Made by a program: the position numbers and the translations under genes. This document shows positions 38,102 to 47,699 of a stretch of DNA of 64,000 bases, one piece after another; positions within the stretch are counted from its first letter, which is position 1, and every line of letters begins with the position of its first letter. The stretch is taken from contig LFCO01000001.1 in NCBI GenBank assembly GCA_001189165.1, positions 156,848 through 220,847 of the forward strand, given 5' to 3'. This DNA comes from Parcubacteria bacterium C7867-005 (lineage in GTDB: Bacteria; Patescibacteriota; Minisyncoccia; Phycocordibacterales; Zambryskibacteraceae). Below the pieces are notes generated by a model. The model had not been told where the DNA came from, searched no databases, and was given only the letters and a program-made list of their open reading frames with translations.

Positions 38102-38634
38102 AGAAAATCATTCTAAATAGAGACGCACCAGCGTTGAGAAAGATAGCGTTGGAGGTGCCAATAAAAGCAATCGGCACAAAAAAAATTCAAAACATCTTGA
38201 ATAAGATGAAGGGCGCCCTAGACAAGGAAGATGATGGGGTTGCCATAGCTGCGCCACAAATCGGAGAGAGTTTGAGAATATTTGTAGTGAGTGGCAGGAC
38301 ACTGTCTTTAATAAAGAATGGGGATGCGGTTATCAAAGATAAAAACAAGTCAGATGATATTGTTTTTATTAATCCTGTTTTGACCAAACTATCCAAATCT
38401 AAGAAAAAAATGGAGGAAGGATGTCTCTCTGTCCGATGGCTGTACGGCCAGGTAGAGAGAAGCGAGAAGGCTACTATAGAAGCATATGATGAGAATGGAA
38501 AAAAATTTATAAAGGGAGCATCTGGACTCATGGCTCAGATATTCCAGCATGAAGTAGATCACTTAAACGGAGTACTGTTTATAGACAAAGCAACAAACGT
38601 AGAGAATATTCCACCAAAAAAAGAAAATGAATAG
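38098..38634 (+). CDS. def: peptide deformylase
   Basis: GVAIAAPQIG (motif 1), EGCLSV (motif 2), QHEVDHLNG (motif 3); start overlaps the priA stop (ATGA). Confidence 0.9.
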   Translation: MKKIILNRDAPALRKIALEVPIKAIGTKKIQNILNKMKGALDKEDDGVAIAAPQIGESLRIFVVSGRTLSLIKNGDAVIKDKNKSDDIVFINPVLTKLSKSKKKMEEGCLSVRWLYGQVERSEKATIEAYDENGKKFIKGASGLMAQIFQHEVDHLNGVLFIDKATNVENIPPKKENE

Positions 38635-39361
38635 AATAAAATTCGTATTTTTTGGATCTTCAGAGTTCTCAAATATCGTTTTGAATACCCTCAAAGAAAA
38701 TGGCTTTGAGCCCGTGCTGTCTGTGACAAACGCCAAGAAGCCATTAAACCGAGCGGAGCTGGAGTCTCTTGGTGCAGATGTTTTTATAGTTGCTTCATTT
38801 GGTAAAATCCTACCTGACTGGCTGATCTATATGCCCAAATTTAAAACTCTGAATGTCCACCCATCGCTTCTACCCAAACTCAGAGGTCCTTCTCCTATCC
38901 AAGGAGCAATACTTTCTGGAGAACGGATGGGGGTGACGATACAACAAATAAACGAACGGGTGGACGCTGGTCCTATCCTCACCCAAAAAGAAGTGGTCCT
39001 CGAGCAGAACCTTGGTTACAGAGAAATAGAGAAGATACTCGCGCATGAAGGAGCTCTCTTGCTCAAAGAGATATTGACTAAGCTAGTAAACGGTGATGTG
39101 CAGGGTGTAGAGCAGGATCACAGCGAAGCAACCTACACTAAGATGATCACCAAAAATGACGCAGATGTATCAAATGACACGGATGATGTGGCCCTGCGCA
39201 AGGTACGTGCATATGAAGTGTGGCCCCGTGCTAGGAAAGGTGATTTGATCATCACTAAAGCTCATATTGAAGACGGTAAATTCGTCATCGACCGCATAAT
39301 ACCTCCTGGTAAAAAAGAGATGGATTTCAAAGATTATTTGCGAGGCAATAAAATAGACTAA
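38627..39361 (+). CDS. fmt: methionyl-tRNA formyltransferase (compact)
   Basis: Formyl-transferase N-domain NVHPSLLPKLRGPSPIQGAIL (SLLP motif) plus C-terminal domain; 8-nt overlap with def. Confidence 0.85.
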   Translation: MNRIKFVFFGSSEFSNIVLNTLKENGFEPVLSVTNAKKPLNRAELESLGADVFIVASFGKILPDWLIYMPKFKTLNVHPSLLPKLRGPSPIQGAILSGERMGVTIQQINERVDAGPILTQKEVVLEQNLGYREIEKILAHEGALLLKEILTKLVNGDVQGVEQDHSEATYTKMITKNDADVSNDTDDVALRKVRAYEVWPRARKGDLIITKAHIEDGKFVIDRIIPPGKKEMDFKDYLRGNKID

Positions 39362-39750
39362 GGCTTTCTACGGAAACCACTGAGGCGACTACCCAACCCT
39401 CTCATCATATTTTTTACGGCTCTCTGGCCACGTCTCATTAGGCTTATTTTTCTCCCCTTTTCGCTGATTAATTCCCTAGCCAATTCGCTTTCAACTAAAT
39501 CTATGGCTGAGTACAAATCTTCCGCTTCAGATACAGCATAATTATCAAAACCCGCACCACTTATCTTGACCTCTGCTCTAAAAAAATCCCCATTCTTGTG
39601 GTGTTTGGTCGTTTTACCAACCTCAACATTAAAAATAGCTCCCTCTTTGCCTTTTCCTAAAAACTTTTCCAAAGTTCCTATCTTTTTTTGAGCGTATTCC
39701 CTGATAGCATCCGTCAATTCTATCCCCGTCGCTTTGAGATTTATATTCAT
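39358..39750 (-). CDS. hpf: ribosome hibernation promoting factor / RaiA family
   Basis: MNINLKATGIELTDAIREYAQKKIGTLEKF... typical sigma-54-modulation/HPF fold, basic C-tail. Confidence 0.85.
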   Translation of the reverse strand: MNINLKATGIELTDAIREYAQKKIGTLEKFLGKGKEGAIFNVEVGKTTKHHKNGDFFRAEVKISGAGFDNYAVSEAEDLYSAIDLVESELARELISEKGRKISLMRRGQRAVKNMMRGLGSRLSGFRRKP

Positions 39751-39814
39751 AGGCCTTGGTTAAAATTTATAATATCTCCCTCTATATTCTACTAGAACCC
39801 TTTTTCTTTTTCAT

Positions 39815-40879
39815 TTAAACACTACCGGTGTCTAACCATTCTTTACGGACAATAAAATATATATCAAGGAGAGCAAACAACAAACCAAGAGCGAGAGGGC
39901 CCAGGAGGAAACCGAGTGGACCAAAAAGGCCCAGGCCTCCGAGGATCGAAAGCAGTATGAGGAACGGATGGATATGCATCCCCCTCTCCAACAACTTTGG
40001 ACCAAGGAAATTATCCACTAGACCAACCGCCGTTACCCCCCAAACAAACAAACCAACTGCATGATAAGTAGATCCAGACACAAACAGATAAATAATGGCC
40101 GGGCCTATAACCAGAGAAGTCCCGAAGCCGGGTATCATCGCTGCTATGGCTGCCACGCTTCCCCACAAAAGCGCACTCGGCACGCCAAAAATTAAGAATC
40201 CGAGAGATGTAAGGGCGCCCTGAACTATAGCAACGACTAATATACCCTTGATAACAGAATTAACTGCAAGTGAAAGTCTCTTGAAAATCTCTTCATCGTG
40301 GTTGTCTTTTAGTGGGCTCATGGCTAAAACTGTTTTCTTGATCGCTTGTCCATCTTTGAATGAGAAATAGAGAGCGATGAGGAAAACAAAAACACCGACC
40401 ACTATTTTCAAAAGATTAGAAAGTATAGAGCTAAGGTGTGGAATCAGCCATGCGAGACCCTCGCGTGCATATTGACTCAAATCTATAGAAAATCCGGCTT
40501 GGTTTGGTACAAAGTATTTCAAACCATTGATCGCACCCTCTGAGCCGAGAGTGAGAGTGCTCGAGCCTTCGTTGGTCATCAGGTAAAAATAAAGAGTAGA
40601 AGCTTCTTGGAAAATCTGAGAAGCAAAAAAGGAGATAGGTAAAATCACCAAAATAAAAACCAAAATGACGCTCAAAATAGCAGAGAGTCCCCTTTTGCCA
40701 CCTGTAAAGGAGAGGATATATTTGTGAAGTGGGTCAAAAACCGTGGCGAAAACCACCGCCAGTATGAGCGAGTACAGAAACGGCCAAAAAATTGAGAAGA
40801 TTAAAATAAATACAAGAGAGAGTAATACTATCAAGAAATAAAGTTCTGACTTGCGATGAATCATGTTTTTATTATACAA
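39815..40879 (-). CDS. AI-2E family transporter (PerM/UPF0118)
   Basis: 8 TM helices, conserved AMIPGFGTSLVIGPAIIYLF segment. Confidence 0.85.
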   Translation of the reverse strand: MYNKNMIHRKSELYFLIVLLSLVFILIFSIFWPFLYSLILAVVFATVFDPLHKYILSFTGGKRGLSAILSVILVFILVILPISFFASQIFQEASTLYFYLMTNEGSSTLTLGSEGAINGLKYFVPNQAGFSIDLSQYAREGLAWLIPHLSSILSNLLKIVVGVFVFLIALYFSFKDGQAIKKTVLAMSPLKDNHDEEIFKRLSLAVNSVIKGILVVAIVQGALTSLGFLIFGVPSALLWGSVAAIAAMIPGFGTSLVIGPAIIYLFVSGSTYHAVGLFVWGVTAVGLVDNFLGPKLLERGMHIHPFLILLSILGGLGLFGPLGFLLGPLALGLLFALLDIYFIVRKEWLDTGSV

Positions 40880-40884
40880 CCAAA

Positions 40885-41748
40885 CTAGTCAAAAATATTG
40901 ATCAGGAATGTGTCTATCTCTCTCTGATCCATGTTGTAGAAAGTTGTTTTGTCCTTATGTATTTCCCTGGCCAGTTTTTCTCCAACAAATCTCCAGTGCC
41001 ATGGCTCATACTGATAAAAAGAATTACCTTTCGGATAAGAGAGGATGAATCCGTATTTATAAGCATTGTCTACTAGCCACTCAAATTCCTTTGTCTGGTC
41101 AAACGCGATAACCAATGCTCCGGTGAGTGTTTTAGTGGTGAGGTCTACTGTAGTACCAAGCTGGTGCTCTGAGTATCCCTGATCAGCGGAAAAGGCATTG
41201 GCCCCGGAGCCATAAGTAACCTTGTAGCCGAGTTTTAGGTTAATCTGCTCGTCGAATGAGCGGTAGCCAGAAGAGATCAAAATATCCAAGTCGTCATCTT
41301 TGGCATCTTCGAGCATATCCTCGAGGAATGATCTGGCCTGACTATGAAATTTGATATCTCTTTTTTCATAAACAAAATCATCTTCTATGAGTGATACCCC
41401 GTCTGGTATATAGTTCTCGTTCAAGAAATATACCTTTGAGTATTTCTGTAAGAGCTCCTTGTCGAGTTTTCGAAGTTTTTCTAAGTCACCGACTGTATCA
41501 GATATATCTCCAATCTGTTCTTTGAATTCATCATTGATCCTGCGTTCATTCTCTAGTCCGAGATTTAGATCGTTATTTTTCTGTTCTTGCGCCAAAACTA
41601 CCGCTTTTAGACTCTCAACTTCTTGGTTCAAGTGTTTTTCTGTTGCCTTGAGGTTAAATCTTTCTTTAATAAGAAAAAAGTACCCGCCGAGCACTGCGAG
41701 TATGATCACTACAATCAACGCCCTATCCCTTTCTAGATACGCTTTCAT
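40885..41748 (-). CDS. D-alanyl-D-alanine carboxypeptidase, VanY/M15B family
   Basis: N-terminal TM; SGYRS, SEHQLGTTVDL, EPWHWRF zinc-peptidase motifs. Confidence 0.8.
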   Translation of the reverse strand: MKAYLERDRALIVVIILAVLGGYFFLIKERFNLKATEKHLNQEVESLKAVVLAQEQKNNDLNLGLENERRINDEFKEQIGDISDTVGDLEKLRKLDKELLQKYSKVYFLNENYIPDGVSLIEDDFVYEKRDIKFHSQARSFLEDMLEDAKDDDLDILISSGYRSFDEQINLKLGYKVTYGSGANAFSADQGYSEHQLGTTVDLTTKTLTGALVIAFDQTKEFEWLVDNAYKYGFILSYPKGNSFYQYEPWHWRFVGEKLAREIHKDKTTFYNMDQREIDTFLINIFD

Positions 41749-41836
41749 AATTAAATTTTAGCATGGTTAAGCCAAATGAAGAAAACATAATTAAAAGAGC
41801 GCCACCTCATACGAGGGGCGCCTGGAGCACATCAGA

Positions 41837-42094
41837 TCACTTCGGGACCTTCTCCCCCGCCGAGCCGGTGTCGACCGGAGGCTTCACCGGAGCACCGACC
41901 CCAGCACCTGCGTCGGGGTTCTTCGGAGGCCTGGGCGCGACCCTGTGCGGGATGGAGAACGACCCCGTCACACCCTTGTCCTTCTTGCTCGAGCGCCTCA
42001 CCAGGTAGACACCCAGGATGATGAGCCCGAGGACGACCGAGGTAACGATCTTGTGCTGGGAAAGCAGTGACAGCAGTTCGTCCATCGACGGCAT
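41837..42094 (-). CDS. GC-rich small membrane protein with Pro/Gly/Ala-rich tail (cassette 10, 85 aa)
   Basis: GGAGGG 4 nt upstream of ATG 42094 (minus); MPSMDELLSLLSQHKIVTSVVLGLIILGVYLV TM; very high GC3 on this strand; bulged 9-bp hairpin plus T-run downstream (about 41775-41822); the overlapping plus ORF was rejected. Confidence 0.5.
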   Translation of the reverse strand: MPSMDELLSLLSQHKIVTSVVLGLIILGVYLVRRSSKKDKGVTGSFSIPHRVAPRPPKNPDAGAGVGAPVKPPVDTGSAGEKVPK

Positions 42095-42211
42095 GTGCCC
42101 TCCATGAGGGTGATAGGTTGGTGGGAGATCAAAGCCTATACCCAAAATGCAGTAATGGCCCAAAAAAGTCAAACGGTAGTTAATAACATCAAATTTGTAT
42201 AAAATAAACCA

Positions 42212-43300
42212 ATGACAGATCAAATAAGAAAATTGTTCCTATTTTTAATTATCCCTATTATTTTTCTATTCATTGGGTTTTATGCACGAGATCTAAACCT
42301 TCTATCCGAGAAGGCCGGGTCGACCAAAGAAGCTGGGGTGGTAAAACTCGAGGTGACCACGAAAGAAACCGCTCCAACAGCAAAGACGGGCACAGATTCA
42401 ACTACAGTTCCTCCAACTCCAGCAAAAACTACAAAGAAAGCTACGGCACCAGTAGTATCTACACCTGCTGTACCTACACCCGTTGTATTTACGCCTGTCA
42501 CATCCGGCACAGGAGCATCAAAAGTAGTATTTCTTTCTGATTGGAGTAACTCAACCGGCACTGGTCAATCTGCGGTTGGAGATGGGGGCAAGTGGAGCAT
42601 CTTGGGTAATGTGAACGAGGTTATAGAAAATGAAGGACTTGGCCTCCCTATTAGAGTAGAGAATGTTCTTCGAATCCCCGGTGCTACTGGGGGCACAAAT
42701 AGAAAATCAGGTATGCCACCTATGACCGTTGGTGTAGCTAGGAACTATAGACTCTATTTCAGAAATGATATGCCGTTCCCTACCTCTGACACACAGACCC
42801 ACCCATTCCAAGACGGCAACGCTGGGAGCCAGATCAACTGGGCAGTTATCTTTCATAACACCGTAAGCGCAAATCAAATAAAAATAGGCTTCACTCCATA
42901 CACCCAGAGTAGTGGTTGTACGACTTATTGGTATGGTCCGAACCTTAATAAAGGAACGTGGTATTTACTTGATTGGCAAATCATCTACAGAACAACTACT
43001 ACATTGAATGCTTACATAAGAGTATCCGATGCTTCTGGAAATGTTTTGTATGATTCTGATGATTTTGTTCCAGAAGCTTACTGTGGGTCGTCATCTCTGG
43101 CCACGTTTAACTCAAATAATACTTTTACTGCAAATCCCGGAGGAGGAATAAGCAGATCTGATGGATTAAATATTGGTACAAACGATAACATGCCAGAATT
43201 TGCACCAACATACGGCCACCAAGCGGCAGTTGCCGTAGTCGATGGTTTGCCCCAAGGAACATTTATAGGTCCTTATGGTTCAGTGGCTGGAGAGAATTAA
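42212..43300 (+). CDS. membrane-anchored secreted protein with Thr/Pro-rich linker and C-terminal beta-rich domain
   Basis: N-terminal TM LFLFLIIPIIFLFIGFYA; linker TAPTAKTGTDSTTVPPTPAKTTKKATAPVVSTPAVPTPVVFTPV; C-terminal domain of unknown function with a similar architecture to 22967..24229. Confidence 0.65.
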   Translation: MTDQIRKLFLFLIIPIIFLFIGFYARDLNLLSEKAGSTKEAGVVKLEVTTKETAPTAKTGTDSTTVPPTPAKTTKKATAPVVSTPAVPTPVVFTPVTSGTGASKVVFLSDWSNSTGTGQSAVGDGGKWSILGNVNEVIENEGLGLPIRVENVLRIPGATGGTNRKSGMPPMTVGVARNYRLYFRNDMPFPTSDTQTHPFQDGNAGSQINWAVIFHNTVSANQIKIGFTPYTQSSGCTTYWYGPNLNKGTWYLLDWQIIYRTTTTLNAYIRVSDASGNVLYDSDDFVPEAYCGSSSLATFNSNNTFTANPGGGISRSDGLNIGTNDNMPEFAPTYGHQAAVAVVDGLPQGTFIGPYGSVAGEN

Positions 43301-43303
43301 CCA

Positions 43304-43555
43304 ATGACAAACAAAAGATTGTCAGATGGCACTGTGCATAAGATATCCACAGATTTGGAGAAACTTCTTACTTCTGCATCAAAAGCACGAACGGCGTGGG
43401 AGGATATAACCCCTCTCGCTCGCAACGAATGGATATGCTGGATCGAGTCAGCCAAAAAGCTGGAGACAAGAGAAAGTAGAATCGAAAGAACCGTATCAGG
43501 ACTAAAAAACGGAAAACGCCGCCCCTGCTGTTGGGCTGGATGTATACATCGATAA
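43304..43555 (+). CDS. YdeI/OmpD-associated family protein
   Basis: NEWICWIESAKKLETRESRIERTVSGLKNGKRRPCCWAGCIHR matches the conserved C-terminal signature of that family. Confidence 0.75.
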   Translation: MTNKRLSDGTVHKISTDLEKLLTSASKARTAWEDITPLARNEWICWIESAKKLETRESRIERTVSGLKNGKRRPCCWAGCIHR

Positions 43556-43620
43556 AATACCTATCTACTTAAAAACCACAAAGGAGACCACAACACCCAA
43601 ATCTAGTTGATATCTGTCAT

Positions 43621-43649
43621 TTGACTCTAATACCCCCTGGGGGTATTAT
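43621..43649 (+). promoter_or_regulatory. csoR promoter TTGACT-17-TATTAT overlapped by CsoR-type operator TAATACCCCCTGGGGGTATTA
   Basis: -35 43621-43626, -10 43644-43649; 21-bp near-perfect inverted repeat 43628-43648 (10-bp arms); ATG at 43656, 6 nt after the -10 with no SD, so probably leaderless. Confidence 0.75.
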
Positions 43650-43655
43650 CAGTGT

Positions 43656-43922
43656 ATGAGACAAGATATCAAAACAAAAGCCGTCCGTCGATTAAAAATT
43701 GTGGAGGGACAAATCAGAGGACTTCAAAAGATGGTTGAAGACGAGAAATACTGTATCGACATTATTACCCAGGCATCCGCTATTAAAGAGGCTCTTACCG
43801 GGATCGAGAGTCTGGTCCTTGAAAACCATCTTTCGACCCATGTGGTACATCAAATGAAACATGGAAGTGAAAAGAAAGCCGTCGATGAGATCCTTAAGGT
43901 TTATAAACTAAAGCGTAAATAA
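43656..43922 (+). CDS. csoR: copper-sensing transcriptional repressor CsoR (DUF156)
   Basis: 88 aa, YCIDIITQASAIKEALTGIESLVLENHLSTHVV with the conserved Cys/His metal ligands of CsoR/RcnR. Confidence 0.85.
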   Translation: MRQDIKTKAVRRLKIVEGQIRGLQKMVEDEKYCIDIITQASAIKEALTGIESLVLENHLSTHVVHQMKHGSEKKAVDEILKVYKLKRK

Positions 43923-43925
43923 AAT

Positions 43926-46253
43926 ATGAATCATCCTACCAAAACCTACAGAGTCAAAGGAATGCACTGTGCGTCATGTGCAGGTATCATCGAGAAGACT
44001 TTCAAGAAAACGGAAGGGGTTCATTCCGCAGAGGTGAACTATGGGACCGAAAGGGCAAAAGTAGTTTTGGATGAGTCAAAAGTAAGTGCTCAAGAACTTT
44101 CAAAGAGAATAGAACCATTGGGTTACTCCCTAGCCCTGGACCAGGAGATGTCACATGAGCATGGTAGTCAGTCAGCAGAAGAGATGGGTATGTCTGCGGA
44201 CGAGCATGCGGCTCATCTTGGAATAGGTCAGTCAAAGAAAGAGAGGCTTGCTGAAGTTGCAGATATGAAAACTAAAGTCTGGTCCGCCATTCCTCTTGCA
44301 ATCTTTGCAGCACTAGTTATGGCATGGGATATCCTGGCTCAGTATGGGGTTGTGGGAGAAATGAGTTATACGATCAAAGAATTTATTCATCATCTCCTTC
44401 CAATACTAGCGACATATATCCTCTTTGTTGTAGGAAGACCTTATCTACTCGGCTTTTACCGCTTTCTCCGCTACGGCAAGGCAAACATGGATACCCTTAT
44501 CGGTATTGGAACTACTGCTGCATTTTTATACAGCTTTGTAGTTACCGCTTTTGAGGAAGCGCTTCGACCTTTCATAAATGTTGATTACCAATACTACGAC
44601 GTCACGATCGTGGTTATTACCTTTATCGCACTCGGCAAATATCTTGAAGCTCGATCAAAGATAAAGACTGGTGATGCAATAGAAAAACTTCTTAATCTTC
44701 AGGCAAAGACAGCACTTGTGATCCGAGATGGAAAAGAGATAGAGATTTCAGTCAATGAAGTAAGGCATGGTGATCTAATTATCGTTAAGCCGGGTACAAA
44801 GATTCCAGTAGACGGAGTCATTACCGAGGGATCTTCCTTTATCGATGAATCAATGGTTACCGGAGAGCCAATGCCTGCACAGAAAAAGACTGGAGACAAT
44901 GTCGTATCTGGCACTATAAATACAAGCGGTTCATTCACTTTTAAGGCTACAAAGGTTGGGTCCGAAACACTTCTTGCTCAGATTATAAAGATGGTTGAGG
45001 ATGCTCAGGGTAGTAAAGCGCCAATTCAGGCGCTCGCAGACAAGATTTCATCAATCTTTGTACCTATTGTTCTAGTGATTGCATTCCTTACCCTTGGAGC
45101 ATGGCTCATCATCGGATCGCAATATCTGGGCTTCTCCCAAGCGCTTTCATTCGGCCTCGTATCATTCGTAGGTATCCTGGTTATTGCTTGCCCATGTGCT
45201 CTCGGTCTTGCTACGCCAACAGCAATCATTGTGGGAGTTGGCAAAGGAGCTAAAGAAGGTATTCTCATCAAAGATGCTGCAACACTTGAAAAACTTCATA
45301 AGGTAAATACGGTTGTGGTTGATAAAACAGGGACCATTACTAAAGGCAAACCAACGCTCGTCGATATACAAAACATGTCTGATTTAAAAGATGACAATCT
45401 TGTATCAATACTTGCTTCGCTTGAGAAAAAATCAGAACACCCTATCGCACACGCGATTGTGAGTTACGCTCAGGAAAAGAATATCTCCGTATCCGACATC
45501 TCTGACTTTGAGGGTATACAGGGCAAAGGACTCAAAGGAACTATTGGTGGTACGGAATATTTTGTTGGTAATGCAAAGCTTGTAAGTGACCTCGGACTTT
45601 CTTTTGATGTAGCCAAGCTTAATGAGTTTACTTCTCAAGGTAAAACACCTGTCATTCTAGCCAGCAAAGAAAAGGTTCTCGGTTTTGTGATGGTGGCAGA
45701 TGAAATAAAAGCTGAATCAATAGAAGCAGTCAAAAATCTTCATGCTCTTGGAATCAAAATGGTCATGCTCACCGGAGATGATGAGGAAGCAGCAAAATAT
45801 ATAGCATCACTCGTTGGAATCGATGATGTCGTGGCTCATGTTCTTCCGCAAGATAAGCTAAAGAAAATTCAAGAGCTTCAATCACAAGGTCGGGTGGTGG
45901 CCATGGCTGGTGATGGAGTAAATGACGCTCCTGCACTTGCCCAGGCTGATGTGGGTATCGCCATGGGGACTGGAACCGATGTGGCCATCGAGTCCGCAGG
46001 CATCACACTCCTTGGCGGAGATATCTCAAAGCTTGTTAAAGCAATTAAGCTTTCAAAGATCACTATGCGAGGAATTAAACAGAACCTATTCTGGGCATTT
46101 ATCTACAACATTGTAGGCATTCCGCTTGCGGCAGGAGCTTTGTATCCGGTTTTCGGATGGCTCCTAAACCCTGTCTTCGCAGGATTCGCCATGGCGATGT
46201 CTTCGGTATCAGTCGTATCAAACTCACTGCGCATTAAGGCTAAAAAGTTATAA
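43926..46253 (+). CDS. copA: copper-translocating P1B-type ATPase
   Basis: N-terminal HMA GMHCASCAG, CPC motif ACPCALGLATP, DKTGTIT phosphorylation site, GDGVNDAPAL hinge. Confidence 0.95.
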   Translation: MNHPTKTYRVKGMHCASCAGIIEKTFKKTEGVHSAEVNYGTERAKVVLDESKVSAQELSKRIEPLGYSLALDQEMSHEHGSQSAEEMGMSADEHAAHLGIGQSKKERLAEVADMKTKVWSAIPLAIFAALVMAWDILAQYGVVGEMSYTIKEFIHHLLPILATYILFVVGRPYLLGFYRFLRYGKANMDTLIGIGTTAAFLYSFVVTAFEEALRPFINVDYQYYDVTIVVITFIALGKYLEARSKIKTGDAIEKLLNLQAKTALVIRDGKEIEISVNEVRHGDLIIVKPGTKIPVDGVITEGSSFIDESMVTGEPMPAQKKTGDNVVSGTINTSGSFTFKATKVGSETLLAQIIKMVEDAQGSKAPIQALADKISSIFVPIVLVIAFLTLGAWLIIGSQYLGFSQALSFGLVSFVGILVIACPCALGLATPTAIIVGVGKGAKEGILIKDAATLEKLHKVNTVVVDKTGTITKGKPTLVDIQNMSDLKDDNLVSILASLEKKSEHPIAHAIVSYAQEKNISVSDISDFEGIQGKGLKGTIGGTEYFVGNAKLVSDLGLSFDVAKLNEFTSQGKTPVILASKEKVLGFVMVADEIKAESIEAVKNLHALGIKMVMLTGDDEEAAKYIASLVGIDDVVAHVLPQDKLKKIQELQSQGRVVAMAGDGVNDAPALAQADVGIAMGTGTDVAIESAGITLLGGDISKLVKAIKLSKITMRGIKQNLFWAFIYNIVGIPLAAGALYPVFGWLLNPVFAGFAMAMSSVSVVSNSLRIKAKKL

Positions 46254-46255
46254 TC

Positions 46256-47287
46256 ATGACTACGCAAACACAAAAATATACCTTTCACGTACATGGTATG
46301 CACTGCAATGCTTGTGTACTCATGACGGAAAGCGAACTTGGAAATCTTCCAAATATCACCCACGTTAAATCAAGCCTTAAAAATCATTCAGTAGAAGTTA
46401 CTGGAGACTTCGGTAATAAGACACCGGAGCAGATTGCAGAAGAACTCACTATACCACTCAAACCTCATGGTTATATTGTTTCGGTTGAAAAACAAATCAA
46501 AGAAAAGAAATGGGCGGATTTTAAAATCGCTATGCCGATCGCACTAGGCTTTGCAGTTCTGTTTGTGGTGCTTCAGAAAATGGGAATAGTAAATCTTGTA
46601 AGCGCAGGCAATGTTACTTACGGCACAGCGTTTGTAGTTGGTATCATTGCATCGCTTTCAACATGTATGGCAGTTGTTGGTGGTTTGGTCCTATCGATGT
46701 CGGCTACCTTTGCAAAAGAAGGTGACAGGGTACGACCTCAGCTCATGTTCCATACTGGCCGAATAGTATCGTTTTTTATCCTGGGTGGTGTGATCGGAGC
46801 GATTGGATCTGCATTTACGCTCAACACTTCAGCCACATTCATTCTGAGTCTCATCATCGGTATTGTCATGCTCATTCTCGGTATTAACCTTCTTGATACA
46901 TTCCACTGGGCAAAAAAACTGCAGCCGTCAATGCCAAAGTTTATTGCCAAGCACGCTCATGGCGTCTCGAAATTCAACCACACTCTTACACCACTTCTTG
47001 TCGGTATCGCTACGTTCTTCCTACCATGCGGATTCACACAATCAATGCAGCTCTACACCCTTACCACAGGTTCATTCTTGCGGGGCGGTTTGACCATGCT
47101 CGCTTTTGCACTTGGTACACTTCCGGTCCTGGCGCTTATCAGCTTCAGCTCATTCAGTATTCAGAAAAGCTCAAGGGCAGGAATCTTCTTCAAAACTGCC
47201 GGACTGATCGTCATTATGTTCGCACTCTTCAATCTTATTAATAGCTTGGTCGTGATTGGGGTTATACCGCCAGTCTTTAACTTCTAG
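46256..47287 (+). CDS. HMA-domain membrane protein (TauE/SafE- or DsbD-like permease fused to a metal-binding domain)
   Basis: N-terminal HMA GMHCNACV; 6-7 TM helices with paired Cys (LSTCM ... FLPCGF); copper-operon context. Confidence 0.7.
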   Translation: MTTQTQKYTFHVHGMHCNACVLMTESELGNLPNITHVKSSLKNHSVEVTGDFGNKTPEQIAEELTIPLKPHGYIVSVEKQIKEKKWADFKIAMPIALGFAVLFVVLQKMGIVNLVSAGNVTYGTAFVVGIIASLSTCMAVVGGLVLSMSATFAKEGDRVRPQLMFHTGRIVSFFILGGVIGAIGSAFTLNTSATFILSLIIGIVMLILGINLLDTFHWAKKLQPSMPKFIAKHAHGVSKFNHTLTPLLVGIATFFLPCGFTQSMQLYTLTTGSFLRGGLTMLAFALGTLPVLALISFSSFSIQKSSRAGIFFKTAGLIVIMFALFNLINSLVVIGVIPPVFNF

Positions 47288-47300
47288 TATAATTCCAATT

Positions 47301-47687
47301 ATGAAAGCAGCTATTATCTCAGTTATCGTCGCAATAGTCCTCATCGATGGAGCTTTTATACTCACCAGAAGTGGTGACACCGGACAGACCGTAAACGCAA
47401 ACAACGTCAGCATTGTTGATGGAAAACAAATTATAGAAATAACTGCTAGAGGTGGTTACCAACCTAGAAAGAGCGTTGCTGAGGCGGGTATTCCGACAAT
47501 CATTCGATTCAACACCAAGGGGACCTTTGACTGTTCATCATCTGTCCGTATTCCAAGTCTTGGCATAAGCAAATCACTTCCACAGACAGGATCGACAGAT
47601 ATCGATATTGGGAGCGGCAAACTCGGCACGCTTCAGGGTTCTTGCGGAATGGGGATGTATCCGTTTGAAGTCGAATTTCAGAGCTGA
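47301..47687 (+). CDS. cupredoxin-like small secreted protein
   Basis: N-terminal TM/signal anchor; C-terminal ...FDCSSSVRIPSLG...GSCGMGMYPFEVEF resembles copper-binding cupredoxin-like domains of cop operons; start moved to ATG 47301 to avoid overlapping the upstream gene. Confidence 0.6.
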   Translation: MKAAIISVIVAIVLIDGAFILTRSGDTGQTVNANNVSIVDGKQIIEITARGGYQPRKSVAEAGIPTIIRFNTKGTFDCSSSVRIPSLGISKSLPQTGSTDIDIGSGKLGTLQGSCGMGMYPFEVEFQS

Positions 47688-47699
47688 GGCTCCGCGTCT

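Noticed and set aside
41763-42008. Plus-strand 81-aa ORF overlapping cassette 10
   Set aside because: The minus-strand frame has a GGAGGG SD, much stronger GC3 bias, a TM helix and a downstream hairpin plus T-run. The plus ORF lacks any signal.
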